Shown here one piece after another: positions 9,962 to 19,166 of a stretch of 64,000 nucleotides of DNA. Every line of letters begins with the position of its first letter. Within the stretch, counting starts at the first letter, position 1. The stretch is from Candidatus Micrarchaeaceae archaeon (GTDB lineage Bacteria; Chloroflexota; Dormibacteria; Dormibacterales; Dormibacteraceae), in contig DATLRQ010000163.1 in NCBI GenBank assembly GCA_035534555.1, positions 19,446 to 83,445 on the forward strand. Direction: 5' to 3'. A program made the translations under genes and the position numbers. The notes beneath the pieces are model-generated. The model was given only the letters and a program-made list of their open reading frames with translations. It did not search any database and was not told the origin of the DNA.

Positions 9962-10513
9962 GTGCACGTAGCCGATCTGGTCTTTGGAGTCTGCCTCCTG
10001 GCGGGGGGCGCTCTCCTGCTGCTCACCCTGGTCCTCGACGACATCTTCAGCGGCGTGCTTGGAGCCATCCATCTCGGCTTTGACGTCGCCGGTGTGTCGC
10101 CGGCGCCCATGCTGCTCGGATTCCTCGCCATGTTCGGCATCGGCGGCCTTTTTGGGCTCCATGGCCTTGGGGCAGGCGTCACGGTTTCGACGCTCACAGG
10201 CATCGTCGCCGGGTTGCTTGGCTCCGGCGTGGTATTCGGCGCCTTCAAGGTCCTCAAGCAGGCCGAGTCGTCGGACACGTTCAGGCTCGAGGAGATGATC
10301 GGCTCGACCGGGCGCGTCTCGGTCGGAATTCCCGCGAATCGCTTCGGCACCGTGCTGATCAGCTTCGCGGGTGGCTCGCACAACCTCACCGCCACCGCAG
10401 ATGCCGAGATCGCGCCAGGCCGCACGGTCAAAGTCGTGGGCGTGGCCGGCAGCAACATCGTTGTCGCCCCCCTCCCGCTCGTCACCAATGAAGGAGCACG
10501 TCCGGATGCCTAG
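9962..10513 (+). CDS. NfeD-like membrane protein (flotillin-associated)
   Basis: 183 aa with GTG start. Has an N-terminal multi-TM region and a C-terminal OB-like segment (GRVSVGIPANRFGTVLISFAGGSHNLTA...VKVVGV). Overlaps the flotillin start by 8 nt. Confidence 0.7.
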   Translation: MHVADLVFGVCLLAGGALLLLTLVLDDIFSGVLGAIHLGFDVAGVSPAPMLLGFLAMFGIGGLFGLHGLGAGVTVSTLTGIVAGLLGSGVVFGAFKVLKQAESSDTFRLEEMIGSTGRVSVGIPANRFGTVLISFAGGSHNLTATADAEIAPGRTVKVVGVAGSNIVVAPLPLVTNEGARPDA

Positions 10514-12419
10514 TTTTGTGACCTCAACACCGTTCCTCGCCGTCACCGGCGTGATCATCCTCATCCTGCTCATCGCGTTCGTCGCCAGCCGCTACAAGGT
10601 GGCGAGCGCAAACGAGGCGCTCATCGTCGCCGGCTCGCGCGGCGCCAAGGTGCGAGACGAGAGGGGCCAGGTCCTGTCCAGCCCCGGCGATCGGGGTGTC
10701 AAGGTGGTGGTCGGCGGCGGCACCTTCATCAGGCCCCTCCTCGACCGCGTCGGCAAGCTCAAGCTGACCGCCCGCCAGATCAACGTGCAGCTCGCCGACG
10801 CCGTGACGAGCCAGGGCATCAAGGTGCAGGTCCAGGGCGTGGCCACCTTCAAGATCGGGCGCGACGTCGAGTCGCTGCGGAATGCGGCCGAACGATTCCT
10901 CGACGCCAAGCCCGAGCAGGTCGACTCGATCGTCAAGAACGTGCTTGAGGGATCGCTCCGCTCGATCGTCGGCACGCTGACCATCGAAGAGCTGATTCGC
11001 GACCGCCAGAAGCTGCTCCAGCAGGTGCAGGATGCCGCCAAGGGCGACCTCGCCACCAGCGGCCTGCAGATCGACGCCTTCACGATCCAGAGCTTCTCGG
11101 ACGAGTCCAACTACATTGAGCTGCTCGGCCAGCAGAGCGTTTCGACTGTCACTCGAGACGCCCGAATGGTCAAAGCCACCACCGACCAGGAAGCGGCGGT
11201 CCGAGAGGCGGAGTCGCAGCAGATCAAGATCAACGCCGGCCGAGACGTCGCACTCCGCGAGGCTGAGACCAAGATGCAGGTCGCCGCCGCCCAGGCACGC
11301 GCCGACCAGGCGGGCCCGCTCGCCCAGGCCGAAGCCCAGCAGGAGGTGGTGCGCAAGCAGACCGAGCTGGCACAGCTGGAGGCCGACCGCAAAGAGAAGG
11401 AGCTGCTCTCCTCGACCGTCAAGCCCGCCGCCGCCCAGGCGCAGGCCGTCATCGCCAAGGCCGAAGGCGACAAGCGCGCGAAGATCGCATCCGCCGAAGC
11501 CGATGCCGAGACGACGCGGCTGGAAGGTGGCGCCGAGGCGCAGATCGTCCTGACCAAAGGTGAGGCCGAGGCGAAAGCGCTGGCCATGCGTGCCGACGCT
11601 TACAAGCAATTCAACGAGGCGGCCATCATCCAGACAGTGCTTGCTGCGCTGCCGGAGATCGTCCGCGCCGCGGCCGAGCCGATGGGGCACATCAATTCGC
11701 TGACAGTGATGAGCGCAGACGGCGCGTCCGACATCGTCAAGAACGCGACCCGGGCCATGATCGAATCGACGACGGCGATCAAGGGCCTGACGGGGCTCGA
11801 CGTTCCGAGCCTTATCGGCGGCGCGATGGGCCGTGGATTTGGCGAGCGTCTGCGCACGGGCGACGGCGATGGCGACAGTGCGTCGGGCAGCGCCGCGGAC
11901 CGGATCAGCGAGATCGCCGGCGAGGGCCTTGCCACTATCAAGGCCGCCCGAGCCGAAGCTGCGGCCAGGGCGGCAGAAGCCGCGGAGGAGGCCAAGACCG
12001 CGGCGCATGAGGCCGAGGTAAAGGCAGTTGTCGACAAGCAGAAGGCTGAGGACGAGGCGGCCAAGGCCCAGTCGGTCGCCGGCGCGCTGAAGACAGCGGG
12101 CGCGGCCAAGGTGGCGTCGGCTGCGGACAAGGTCACGAGCTCGCCGGCATGGGGAACCGTTTCCCAAATCAAGGCGGATGCGATGCAGGGCGTGGGCCCG
12201 GCCGCGGGCAACATCGAGCAGTGGGCGCAGTGGATGGCCGCGCAGCTGGCGCAGGTGCCACAGATCCAGGCTTATGGAGCGCTGCGGCTTGCCGACCTGG
12301 CCGAAAAAGGGCCCGCCCCGGCGCGGGCCGTCTGGCAGACGGCGCAGGCGGTGCTGGGGAAGGACTACGGGTCGATCACCGTCAGTGACCTGCTCGCTCG
12401 TTTTCGCCACCAAAGCTGA
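10506..12419 (+). CDS. flotillin / SPFH (band-7) domain protein with a long Ala/Glu/Lys-rich C-terminal tail
   Basis: Start is at the internal ATG (MPSFVTSTPFLAVTGVIILILL). TM anchor, SPFH domain and flotillin-type EA-rich coiled-coil repeats. Confidence 0.85.
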   Translation: MPSFVTSTPFLAVTGVIILILLIAFVASRYKVASANEALIVAGSRGAKVRDERGQVLSSPGDRGVKVVVGGGTFIRPLLDRVGKLKLTARQINVQLADAVTSQGIKVQVQGVATFKIGRDVESLRNAAERFLDAKPEQVDSIVKNVLEGSLRSIVGTLTIEELIRDRQKLLQQVQDAAKGDLATSGLQIDAFTIQSFSDESNYIELLGQQSVSTVTRDARMVKATTDQEAAVREAESQQIKINAGRDVALREAETKMQVAAAQARADQAGPLAQAEAQQEVVRKQTELAQLEADRKEKELLSSTVKPAAAQAQAVIAKAEGDKRAKIASAEADAETTRLEGGAEAQIVLTKGEAEAKALAMRADAYKQFNEAAIIQTVLAALPEIVRAAAEPMGHINSLTVMSADGASDIVKNATRAMIESTTAIKGLTGLDVPSLIGGAMGRGFGERLRTGDGDGDSASGSAADRISEIAGEGLATIKAARAEAAARAAEAAEEAKTAAHEAEVKAVVDKQKAEDEAAKAQSVAGALKTAGAAKVASAADKVTSSPAWGTVSQIKADAMQGVGPAAGNIEQWAQWMAAQLAQVPQIQAYGALRLADLAEKGPAPARAVWQTAQAVLGKDYGSITVSDLLARFRHQS

Positions 12420-12432
12420 AGCTGGCCATTAA

Positions 12433-12449
12433 AAGCGGGAAGCCCGCTT
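12433..12449 (+). terminator. candidate stem-loop terminator after the flotillin gene
   Basis: AAGCGGG-aag-CCCGCTT, a 7-bp stem 14 nt after the stop. There is no clear U-tract. Confidence 0.35.
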
Positions 12450-12573
12450 GCGCGAGCTTCCCAAGGCTGGGGTGGGGGCGTGGAGTCGAATTCAGTGGCC
12501 GAGTTACCGGCGGACGATATGGTAGCACGAAGGTTCGCCGTCCACAAGATATAGACACCTGGGGACAATTCAG

Positions 12574-13623
12574 TTGAAAACTCCAATCCCCATCGACATG
12601 GAGCCGATGCTCTCGGCCCCTTCCGAGAGTGGAATTCCCAAGGGTGAGCGGTGGGAGTACGAGCCCAAATGGGACGGGTTTCGCACGCTCGTCTACCGCG
12701 ACGGCGATGAGGTGACACTGATCAGCCGAGGCGCGCGGCCGATGACGCGCTACTTTCCAGAGGTGCTGCCGGCGTTCCGGTCGCTCGGCCCGAGCACGCT
12801 GGTCCTCGACGGGGAGCTCATCGTGGTCGGGAAGGGAGGGCTCGATTTCGGCGCCCTGCAGCAGCGGATCCATCCAGCCGACTCGCGCGTCCGGATGCTG
12901 AGCGCCGCGACCCCGGCCTGGTATGTCGCTTTCGATCTGCTGGCTGAGGGCGAGGAGGACCTGCGGGCGCTGCCGTTGGGAGACCGGCGCAAGCGGCTCG
13001 AAAAGGTGCTCAAAGGCGCAAAGCCGCCGATCTTCCTCACCCCTTACACGCGAGACCCCAAGACCGCCGAGAAATGGTTCGAGCAGTTCGAGGGCGCCGG
13101 CCTAGACGGCGTTATCGCGAAGTCGTGGGACGGCGCCTACGTTCCCGGCAAACGGAACTGGGTCAAGATCAAGCACCAGCGGACGGCTGACTGCGTGGTC
13201 ATCGGCTGGCGCAAATCAAACGACGGGCAGTCGCTGGGCTCTCTTCTGCTCGGCCTCTATGACCGCCAGGGCACGATGCATTACGTGGGGCACACGTCCT
13301 CCTTCAGCGCCGCAGAGAGAAAGGAGCTCATCGCAAAGCTCAAACCACTCACCACCGAGGCGCCGAAGGAATGGTCGGCGACGGACGGCCGTATGCCCGG
13401 CGGGCAGAGTCGATGGTCGCGCGGGAAGGAGGCGGAGTGGGTGACGGTGCGACCCGAGCTGGTAGCGGAGGTCGCCTATGACAAGCTCGAGGCGGGACAG
13501 CGCTTCCGGCACGCGACGCGATTCCTCAGGTGGCGCACCGACAAGGCGCCGCGGAAGTGCGGCTTCGACCAGATCGAATCAGCGGTTGAGTTCGACGTGC
13601 GTGGGATCTTCAGCAGCAAGTAG
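12574..13623 (+). CDS. ATP-dependent DNA ligase (LigC / LigD-ligase-domain type)
   Basis: 349 aa. Adenylation motif I EYEPKWDGFR, with downstream nucleotidyltransferase and OB-fold motifs (LDGELIV, DGVIAK, WVKIKH). Start could be TTG at 12574 or ATG at 12598. Confidence 0.85.
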   Translation: MKTPIPIDMEPMLSAPSESGIPKGERWEYEPKWDGFRTLVYRDGDEVTLISRGARPMTRYFPEVLPAFRSLGPSTLVLDGELIVVGKGGLDFGALQQRIHPADSRVRMLSAATPAWYVAFDLLAEGEEDLRALPLGDRRKRLEKVLKGAKPPIFLTPYTRDPKTAEKWFEQFEGAGLDGVIAKSWDGAYVPGKRNWVKIKHQRTADCVVIGWRKSNDGQSLGSLLLGLYDRQGTMHYVGHTSSFSAAERKELIAKLKPLTTEAPKEWSATDGRMPGGQSRWSRGKEAEWVTVRPELVAEVAYDKLEAGQRFRHATRFLRWRTDKAPRKCGFDQIESAVEFDVRGIFSSK

Positions 13624-14295
13624 CAGGGGGCGCGCGCCGGCTCCGCCCGGTCCGTAGTACTTCATCGCCGCGTGGCCGAGGCCGGTCACCGCCAGCCAGT
13701 CGAAGCCGGCGCCCGCGGCAACACCGATTCCCAGCGGCACCACGCGCGCTGCCACCTTCGCCGCTCCGGTGCTCGCAAAGCGAGCAAGGATGCGGCTGAT
13801 GATCCGGCCGCCACCATGGGACACAAGGATCGTGGGCAACCGGCGCACCGCGGCGAGGCCGATCCGCTCGCCACCTGCGACCAGGACATCCTCTCGGAGC
13901 TTCACGGCGCCACTCGTGATGCCGACCACCACGAGCGCTTCGAGGACTCGATCGTCGGAGCTGCTGAGCTCGTGGCCGTAGATGATCGCGATGGCCAGAA
14001 CGAGCTCGATCTCCTGCTCCAGCGCGTACAGCGCCTGGCTCGTGAGCGTTCCGACTGCCATCAATGTGCCGAGGCCAGGCGCAATCGAGACCGCGCCGCT
14101 GATGGCGCCTGTCGCGGCAACACGCCTGCGGGTGGAACGGATGAGCCGCCGCGCCAGTTGGTCACTTGTAAGGTGCGGATTGGCTTCCTGCAACAGCTGG
14201 ACCCGGGAGCGAATCGCAGGCTCGCGGCTGCTCACGGCTCGAGAGAGCGCGTTCAGGACCAAGCGCAGCTGTGGCGGCAGCTTGTCGAGGTCCAT
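13579..14295 (-). CDS. hypothetical Gly/Ala-rich protein (possibly EcsC-like)
   Basis: 238-aa ORF with coherent coding frame. Its 3' end overlaps the ligase 3' end by 45 nt (convergent). The family guess is weak. Confidence 0.45.
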   Translation of the reverse strand: MDLDKLPPQLRLVLNALSRAVSSREPAIRSRVQLLQEANPHLTSDQLARRLIRSTRRRVAATGAISGAVSIAPGLGTLMAVGTLTSQALYALEQEIELVLAIAIIYGHELSSSDDRVLEALVVVGITSGAVKLREDVLVAGGERIGLAAVRRLPTILVSHGGGRIISRILARFASTGAAKVAARVVPLGIGVAAGAGFDWLAVTGLGHAAMKYYGPGGAGARPLLLAAEDPTHVELNR

Positions 14296-14378
14296 CTGGG
14301 GACAGGTTACCCGGGCCGGCAGCTTTCTTCCCAGGTGCGATCCCCTCGCACGAATCGGGGGGCGATTTGAATACCTAC

Positions 14379-14395
14379 TTGCGACATTGTCGCAA
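14379..14395. promoter_or_regulatory. perfect 17-bp palindrome TTGCGACATTGTCGCAA; candidate metal-regulator operator (Nur/Fur-like box)
   Basis: Lies 20 nt upstream of the NiCoT start codon. Has the TTGCGA-N5-TCGCAA architecture. Confidence 0.5.
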
Positions 14396-14414
14396 TAAGG
14401 GTTAACCTCGGGGC

Positions 14415-15491
14415 ATGGCCTCTATGACTGCCCTACTGCGACAGTCATTCGATCGGGGAGAGCGGGGTCGCCTGGCTGCCTTCTTCGGCGGCGTTGGCCT
14501 GCTTCATGTCGCCGGTTGGGGCCTTTTGCTGTTCTACGGCGCCGGCCATCCCACGATCCTGGCGCTGGGGGGCCTTGCGTACACCTTCGGTCTGCGTCAT
14601 GCGTTCGACGCCGACCACATCGCGGCTATCGACAACACAACACGCAAGCTGCTCCAGGACGGTCGCAAGCCGGTTGGAGTCGGGTTCTTCTTCTCGCTGG
14701 GCCATTCCTCGGTGGTGTTCTTGATCGCGGTCGCGTTGGGCCTTGCGGTCAAGTGGATCGTCGAAGGCGTCTCCGGCAATGGGGGCGAGTTGAGGGTTGT
14801 CGGGGGCGTGGTCGCCGGCCTCGTCTCCGGCGGGTTCCTGGTGGCGATCGGATTCATGAACCTGGTGATCCTGCTGGACGTCGTTCGAGTCTATCGGCGC
14901 ATGAAGAGCGGGGACTACGACAGCGCATCGTTGGAGCACGAGCTCACCGCCGGCGGTTTCATGACCCGGATCTTCGGTCGCCTGTTCCGCGTCATCAAAC
15001 ACAGCTGGCAGATGTATCCGATCGGATTTCTGTTCGGACTTGGCTTCGACACCGCATCTGAGATAGCGCTGCTGGCGGTTTCGGCCGGCGCCGCCGCGAA
15101 TGGCATCCCGTTTGGGGCGGTGATCGCGTTGCCGCTGATCTTCGCGGCCGGCATGTCGCTGATGGACACCGCTGACGGTGCGTTCATGGCGAAGGCCTAT
15201 TCGTGGGCGTTCGCGAGCCCGGTCCGCAAGGTGTTTTACAACCTGACGATGACGAGCCTGTCCGTGTTTGTCGCGCTCTTCGTCGGCCTGGTCGAGCTCG
15301 TGCAGGTTCTCATCCACGCACTCAATTTGAAGGGCGGGGTTTTCAGCGCGATCGCGGGCTTCGACCTCATCGGCAGGGCCGGCTATGTCATCGTCGCCGC
15401 ATTCGTGCTGGCTTGGGCGGCGGCGTTCGTGATCTACAAGGCGCGCCGCATCGATGAGCGATGGGCAGCGCTGGTGGACGAGGTCGCCTAA
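14415..15491 (+). CDS. nickel/cobalt permease, NiCoT family (HoxN/HupN/NixA)
   Basis: 358 aa with the signature HAFDADHIAAIDNTTRK in TM2 and GLGFDTASEIALL later in the protein. Confidence 0.9.
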   Translation: MASMTALLRQSFDRGERGRLAAFFGGVGLLHVAGWGLLLFYGAGHPTILALGGLAYTFGLRHAFDADHIAAIDNTTRKLLQDGRKPVGVGFFFSLGHSSVVFLIAVALGLAVKWIVEGVSGNGGELRVVGGVVAGLVSGGFLVAIGFMNLVILLDVVRVYRRMKSGDYDSASLEHELTAGGFMTRIFGRLFRVIKHSWQMYPIGFLFGLGFDTASEIALLAVSAGAAANGIPFGAVIALPLIFAAGMSLMDTADGAFMAKAYSWAFASPVRKVFYNLTMTSLSVFVALFVGLVELVQVLIHALNLKGGVFSAIAGFDLIGRAGYVIVAAFVLAWAAAFVIYKARRIDERWAALVDEVA

Positions 15492-15583
15492 CCCGTAGGT
15501 CCGGATGGCGTGGCCGCCGAATACGGCGCCCGCTCCGAAACGTCGAGGTTCCTGCCGGACACCGGGCTTAGCCTATATCGGAC

Positions 15584-16894
15584 ATGGCGACAAAGATCCT
15601 GCGGGCGAGGGTGCGCGACATCCGCTTTCCGACGTCGCGGACGCTCGACGGGTCTGACGCCATGAGCGCCGATCCCGACTACTCCGCCGCCTATGTCGTC
15701 CTGGAAACTGACAGTCCCTCAGGGATCCAGGGGCACGGGCTCACGTTCACGACGGGGCGGGGCACCGAGCTGTGCGTCGCCGCGGCGGAGCTGCTTGCGG
15801 TCCAGGTGGTCGGCCGCACGATCGAGGACATCGCATCCGACATGTCGGGCTTCTGGCGCGGGTTGGTCGGTGACAGCCAGCTGAGGTGGCTCGGTCCTGA
15901 AAAAGGCGTTGTGCATCTCGCCACTGCGGCGCTCGTTAATGCCGTGTGGGATCTGTACGCGAAGGTCGAGGGCAAGCCGCTTTGGAAGCTGCTGTCCGAC
16001 ATGTCGCCTGAACAGCTCGTGGCGTGCGTGGACTTTCGCTACATCGATGATGTCCTTCCGCCCGACGAAGCGCTCGAGATATTGCGCCTGAACGTGGCCA
16101 CCCGACCGGCCCGCGAGGTGGAGATGCTTCGCGAAGGCTTCCCGGCGTACACGACTTCGGCGGGGCGGCTTGGGTACTCGAACGTGAAGATTCGTGCGCT
16201 TGCCGAGGCGGCAATGGCGGCGGGTTTCACACAGCTGAAGATGAAGGTTGGCGGCGACCCGGCTTCGGACCTGCGGCGGGCGCGAATACTGCGCAAGGCG
16301 ATCGGTCCGGACCGGCAGCTGATGGTCGATGCGAACCAGGTCTGGGGAGTCGACGAGGCAATCGAGGCAATGCGCCCGCTCGCCGAGGTGGACCCATGGT
16401 GGATCGAGGAGCCGACAAGCCCTGACGATATCCTCGGCCACCGCCGCATCCGCGAGGCGGTGTCGCCGATCGGCGTCGCGACCGGCGAGCACGTCCACAA
16501 CCGCGTGATGTGGAAGCAGTTCATGCAGGCCGGCGCCATCGATTTCTGTCAGATCGACAGCTGCCGGCTGGGCGGGGTCAACGAAGTAATCGCTGTCCTG
16601 TTGCTGGCCGCGAAGTTTGGCTTGCCGGTCTGCCCGCACGCGGGCGGCGTGGGACTCTGCGAGTACGTGCAGCACCTGGCGATGTTCGACTACATAGCGG
16701 TGGGCGGATCGCTCGACAACCGCACGTGCGAGTACGTCGACCATCTCCACGAACACTTCGTGAACCCGGTCAACGTCGTGCGCGGGCGCTACATGGCGCC
16801 TGCGGCGCCCGGATACAGCGCCGAGATGAAGGCGGAATCGCTCGAGGTCTATGAATACCCCGTTGGCGAGGCCTGGACCGAACCGGCTCGCTGA
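15584..16894 (+). CDS. L-fuconate dehydratase-like enolase-superfamily enzyme (mandelate racemase subgroup)
   Basis: 436 aa. N-terminus VRDIRFPTSRTLDGSDAMSADPDYSAAYVVLETD. Metal and catalytic motifs KMKVGGD, MVDANQVW, WIEEPTSPDD. Confidence 0.85.
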   Translation: MATKILRARVRDIRFPTSRTLDGSDAMSADPDYSAAYVVLETDSPSGIQGHGLTFTTGRGTELCVAAAELLAVQVVGRTIEDIASDMSGFWRGLVGDSQLRWLGPEKGVVHLATAALVNAVWDLYAKVEGKPLWKLLSDMSPEQLVACVDFRYIDDVLPPDEALEILRLNVATRPAREVEMLREGFPAYTTSAGRLGYSNVKIRALAEAAMAAGFTQLKMKVGGDPASDLRRARILRKAIGPDRQLMVDANQVWGVDEAIEAMRPLAEVDPWWIEEPTSPDDILGHRRIREAVSPIGVATGEHVHNRVMWKQFMQAGAIDFCQIDSCRLGGVNEVIAVLLLAAKFGLPVCPHAGGVGLCEYVQHLAMFDYIAVGGSLDNRTCEYVDHLHEHFVNPVNVVRGRYMAPAAPGYSAEMKAESLEVYEYPVGEAWTEPAR

Positions 16895-17665
16895 TCAGCT
16901 GTTGATATTGTCGCTGTCGTAGGTGACGCCATCGGTCGCCGTCGCCGGCAAGGCTTCGATCGCGGGGTCGTTGACGATGGCCTCGATCAGCGCCTGCGGT
17001 CCGCCGACGTAGGTGTATGGGAGGTCAATCTCTGAGGCCACGCACCAGGCTTGGTCGTCAGGCCACCAGAGGTTGGGGCCGTCCTCCCACCCCAGCGCTT
17101 TGGCCAGCGGTGCGTGAAACAAGAGATAGTCGCGATAGGGGAGCCGAACGCGCGGACCTTCTTTACCTGGCAGTCGCGGAGCCGACCAGCGCAGCTGAAG
17201 GCGCTTGAGCCCGATGCGCGCGCGCGCAAATGGCGGGCGGGCGGCCATCACTCGAATCACGCGGCCGGGATGGAGGTATCCATAACCCTCCCACAGGCAA
17301 AACCAGCACGAGCTCGACGTCGCAGTGAACTTCGATAGTAGAGCCGTGAGCGCTTCGGCCTGGACCTTCGAGAGGACGCCGAGCCGAGGTCCGTAGACCA
17401 GCGCTACCGGGTTGCCTGACTGGGGCGCAATAGCATGGAACTGCATCTCGGGATGGACTGTTTTGCCAGTCAGCGCAGCCACCTCAGACCACCGCACCTC
17501 GGCTTCGGATCGCCCCATGTAGTGGGCGGGATGGAAGATTCGCGCATAGGCGGCAAAGCCAGGTGGCACCACGGCGCCGACGTCCTGCGCAAACGGGTGG
17601 AGACTTTCACGTATCCAGTCCGCGGCGCGTACCTGGTCGCTGACCGCGAGCCTCTGCCACTGCAC
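16895..17665 (-). CDS. hypothetical protein
   Basis: The C-terminal ~256 codons of ORF 16895..18022 have normal composition, while the upstream part is Arg-rich and overlaps the VOC gene. Start is placed at GTG 17665 and is uncertain. Confidence 0.45.
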   Translation of the reverse strand: MQWQRLAVSDQVRAADWIRESLHPFAQDVGAVVPPGFAAYARIFHPAHYMGRSEAEVRWSEVAALTGKTVHPEMQFHAIAPQSGNPVALVYGPRLGVLSKVQAEALTALLSKFTATSSSCWFCLWEGYGYLHPGRVIRVMAARPPFARARIGLKRLQLRWSAPRLPGKEGPRVRLPYRDYLLFHAPLAKALGWEDGPNLWWPDDQAWCVASEIDLPYTYVGGPQALIEAIVNDPAIEALPATATDGVTYDSDNINS

Positions 17666-17706
17666 GAGCCAACTGTGGCACCTAACGGAAACGCCTTGCG
17701 GCTTAC

Positions 17707-18240
17707 TTAGGCCGGGTCGGCGCCTTCCTTGAACAGGCCTTCGAGGTCGAGCTGCCGGTTGGCGAACGTCAAATGGCCCTTCTCGTCGCGCGGCCACTGG
17801 TCCTCGGGTCGGTCCCAGGCGAGCTCGAGCCCGTTCCCATCCGGGTCGCTGAGATAGAGAGCCTCGTGGGTGCCGTGGTCGTTGTACCCGTCCAGCGGCC
17901 AGTTGGCGGCGGCGAGCCGGCGAAACGCGTCGCCCAGGGCGGCGCGGGTCGGATATTTGATGGCCACGTGGTAGAGGCCGGTGGTCCCGGGCGGTGGAGG
18001 GTTGCCGCCCTCCGACTCCCAAGTGTTGAAGCCGAGGTGGTGGTGGTACCCGCCGGCGGATAGGAACAGGGCTTGCGGCATCCGGAATATGACGTCGAAG
18101 CCGAGGATGCCCACGTAGAAGGCATGAACGCGATCGATGTCGGCGGTCTTCAGGTGGACGTGGCCGATGCTGACCCCAGCATCGATGGGCTTAGAGCTGC
18201 GCTCACGCGGTGTGACGTTCTGGACTACCTGGTTCTTCAT
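17707..18240 (-). CDS. VOC-family (glyoxalase / extradiol dioxygenase-like) protein
   Basis: 177 aa with HVHLKTADIDRVHAFYVGILGFDV and a second beta-alpha-beta-beta-beta module containing YHVAI. Confidence 0.8.
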   Translation of the reverse strand: MKNQVVQNVTPRERSSKPIDAGVSIGHVHLKTADIDRVHAFYVGILGFDVIFRMPQALFLSAGGYHHHLGFNTWESEGGNPPPPGTTGLYHVAIKYPTRAALGDAFRRLAAANWPLDGYNDHGTHEALYLSDPDGNGLELAWDRPEDQWPRDEKGHLTFANRQLDLEGLFKEGADPA

Positions 18241-18388
18241 CGCTCTCTCCTCATACCTCCGCCAGAGATACCCGAAACCAGAACCTTGGCGGATCCGAGT
18301 TTGTTCGGCAGTACCGAAGTGGGTTATACCCTCCGCCCTGCGGGCACCTCCCCGGCGAGCGGGAAGCGCGATTCTTCATGCTGGTGGC

Positions 18389-19084
18389 ATGGAACCGCCG
18401 CCTTCGAAGCTCAGCTGGTCGGCTGCCCGTGAGCCGACTCGGACCGCGATCGAGGGGGATCTCGTCAGGCTCGAGGTGCTCGACCCCGAGCGCCACGCCA
18501 CCTCCCTGTTCAAGTCCTCGCACGCGCCCGGCTCCGATGACCTGTGGCAGCACCTGCCCTACGGCCCATTTGCCGGCCGGGCCGAGTTCACCGCCTGGCT
18601 CGAGCAGCGCGCCGCGTCGACCGATCCGCTCTTCTACGCGGTGGTCGACCGGGAGTCGATGCGCGCCCTGGGGATGGCCAGCTACTTGCGGATCGAGCCG
18701 GAGCACGGAGTGATCGAGATCGGTCACATCTGGTTCGCACCCGAGCTCCAGCGCACGCGCAAAGCGACAGAGGCGATCTTCCTCCTCGCCAGGGCTGCAT
18801 TCGACGACTTGGGCTACCGCCGGCTCGAGTGGAAATGCGACTCGCTCAACCTGCCCTCGCGCCGAGCGGCTGATCGGTTCGGATTCACCTTCGAGGGAAT
18901 CTTTCGGCAGCACATGATCGTCAAGGGCCGCAACCGGGACACCGCCTGGTTCTCGATAACCGACGGCGAGTGGCCGCTGCGGAAAGCTGCGTTTGAGGCG
19001 TGGTTATCTCCAGGCAACTTCGAATCGGCGGGAAAGCAGCGCCGGCGCCTGGCGGAGATCAGGGGGTCGCTGGAGGCTCGCTGA
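18389..19084 (+). CDS. GNAT-family N-acetyltransferase (RimJ/RimL-like)
   Basis: Internal ATG (MEPPPSKL). Motifs IEIGHIWFAPELQRTRKATEA and LGYRRLEWKCDSLNLPSRRAADRFGFTFEG. Confidence 0.8.
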   Translation: MEPPPSKLSWSAAREPTRTAIEGDLVRLEVLDPERHATSLFKSSHAPGSDDLWQHLPYGPFAGRAEFTAWLEQRAASTDPLFYAVVDRESMRALGMASYLRIEPEHGVIEIGHIWFAPELQRTRKATEAIFLLARAAFDDLGYRRLEWKCDSLNLPSRRAADRFGFTFEGIFRQHMIVKGRNRDTAWFSITDGEWPLRKAAFEAWLSPGNFESAGKQRRRLAEIRGSLEAR

Positions 19085-19129
19085 GCCAGCCTCTATTCCT
19101 CACTTCCAGCCGGGCGGCAAGAAACAAAA

Positions 19130-19150
19130 GGGCCGGCGCGGTGCCGGCCC
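19130..19150. terminator. bidirectional stem-loop terminator between convergent GNAT and nrdJ genes
   Basis: GGGCCGGC-gcggt-GCCGGCCC, an 8-bp GC stem. It is flanked by an A-rich run upstream (a T-run on the minus strand) and ctccgtcttt downstream. Confidence 0.55.
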
Positions 19151-19166
19151 CTCCGTCTTTAACTGT

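Noticed and set aside
10524-12413. 629-aa ORF antisense to the flotillin gene
   Set aside because: Its composition is Arg/Gly/Asp/Leu-rich low complexity with no motifs. It mirrors the sense-strand flotillin ORF, which has clear SPFH homology, so it is a typical high-GC antisense open-frame artefact.
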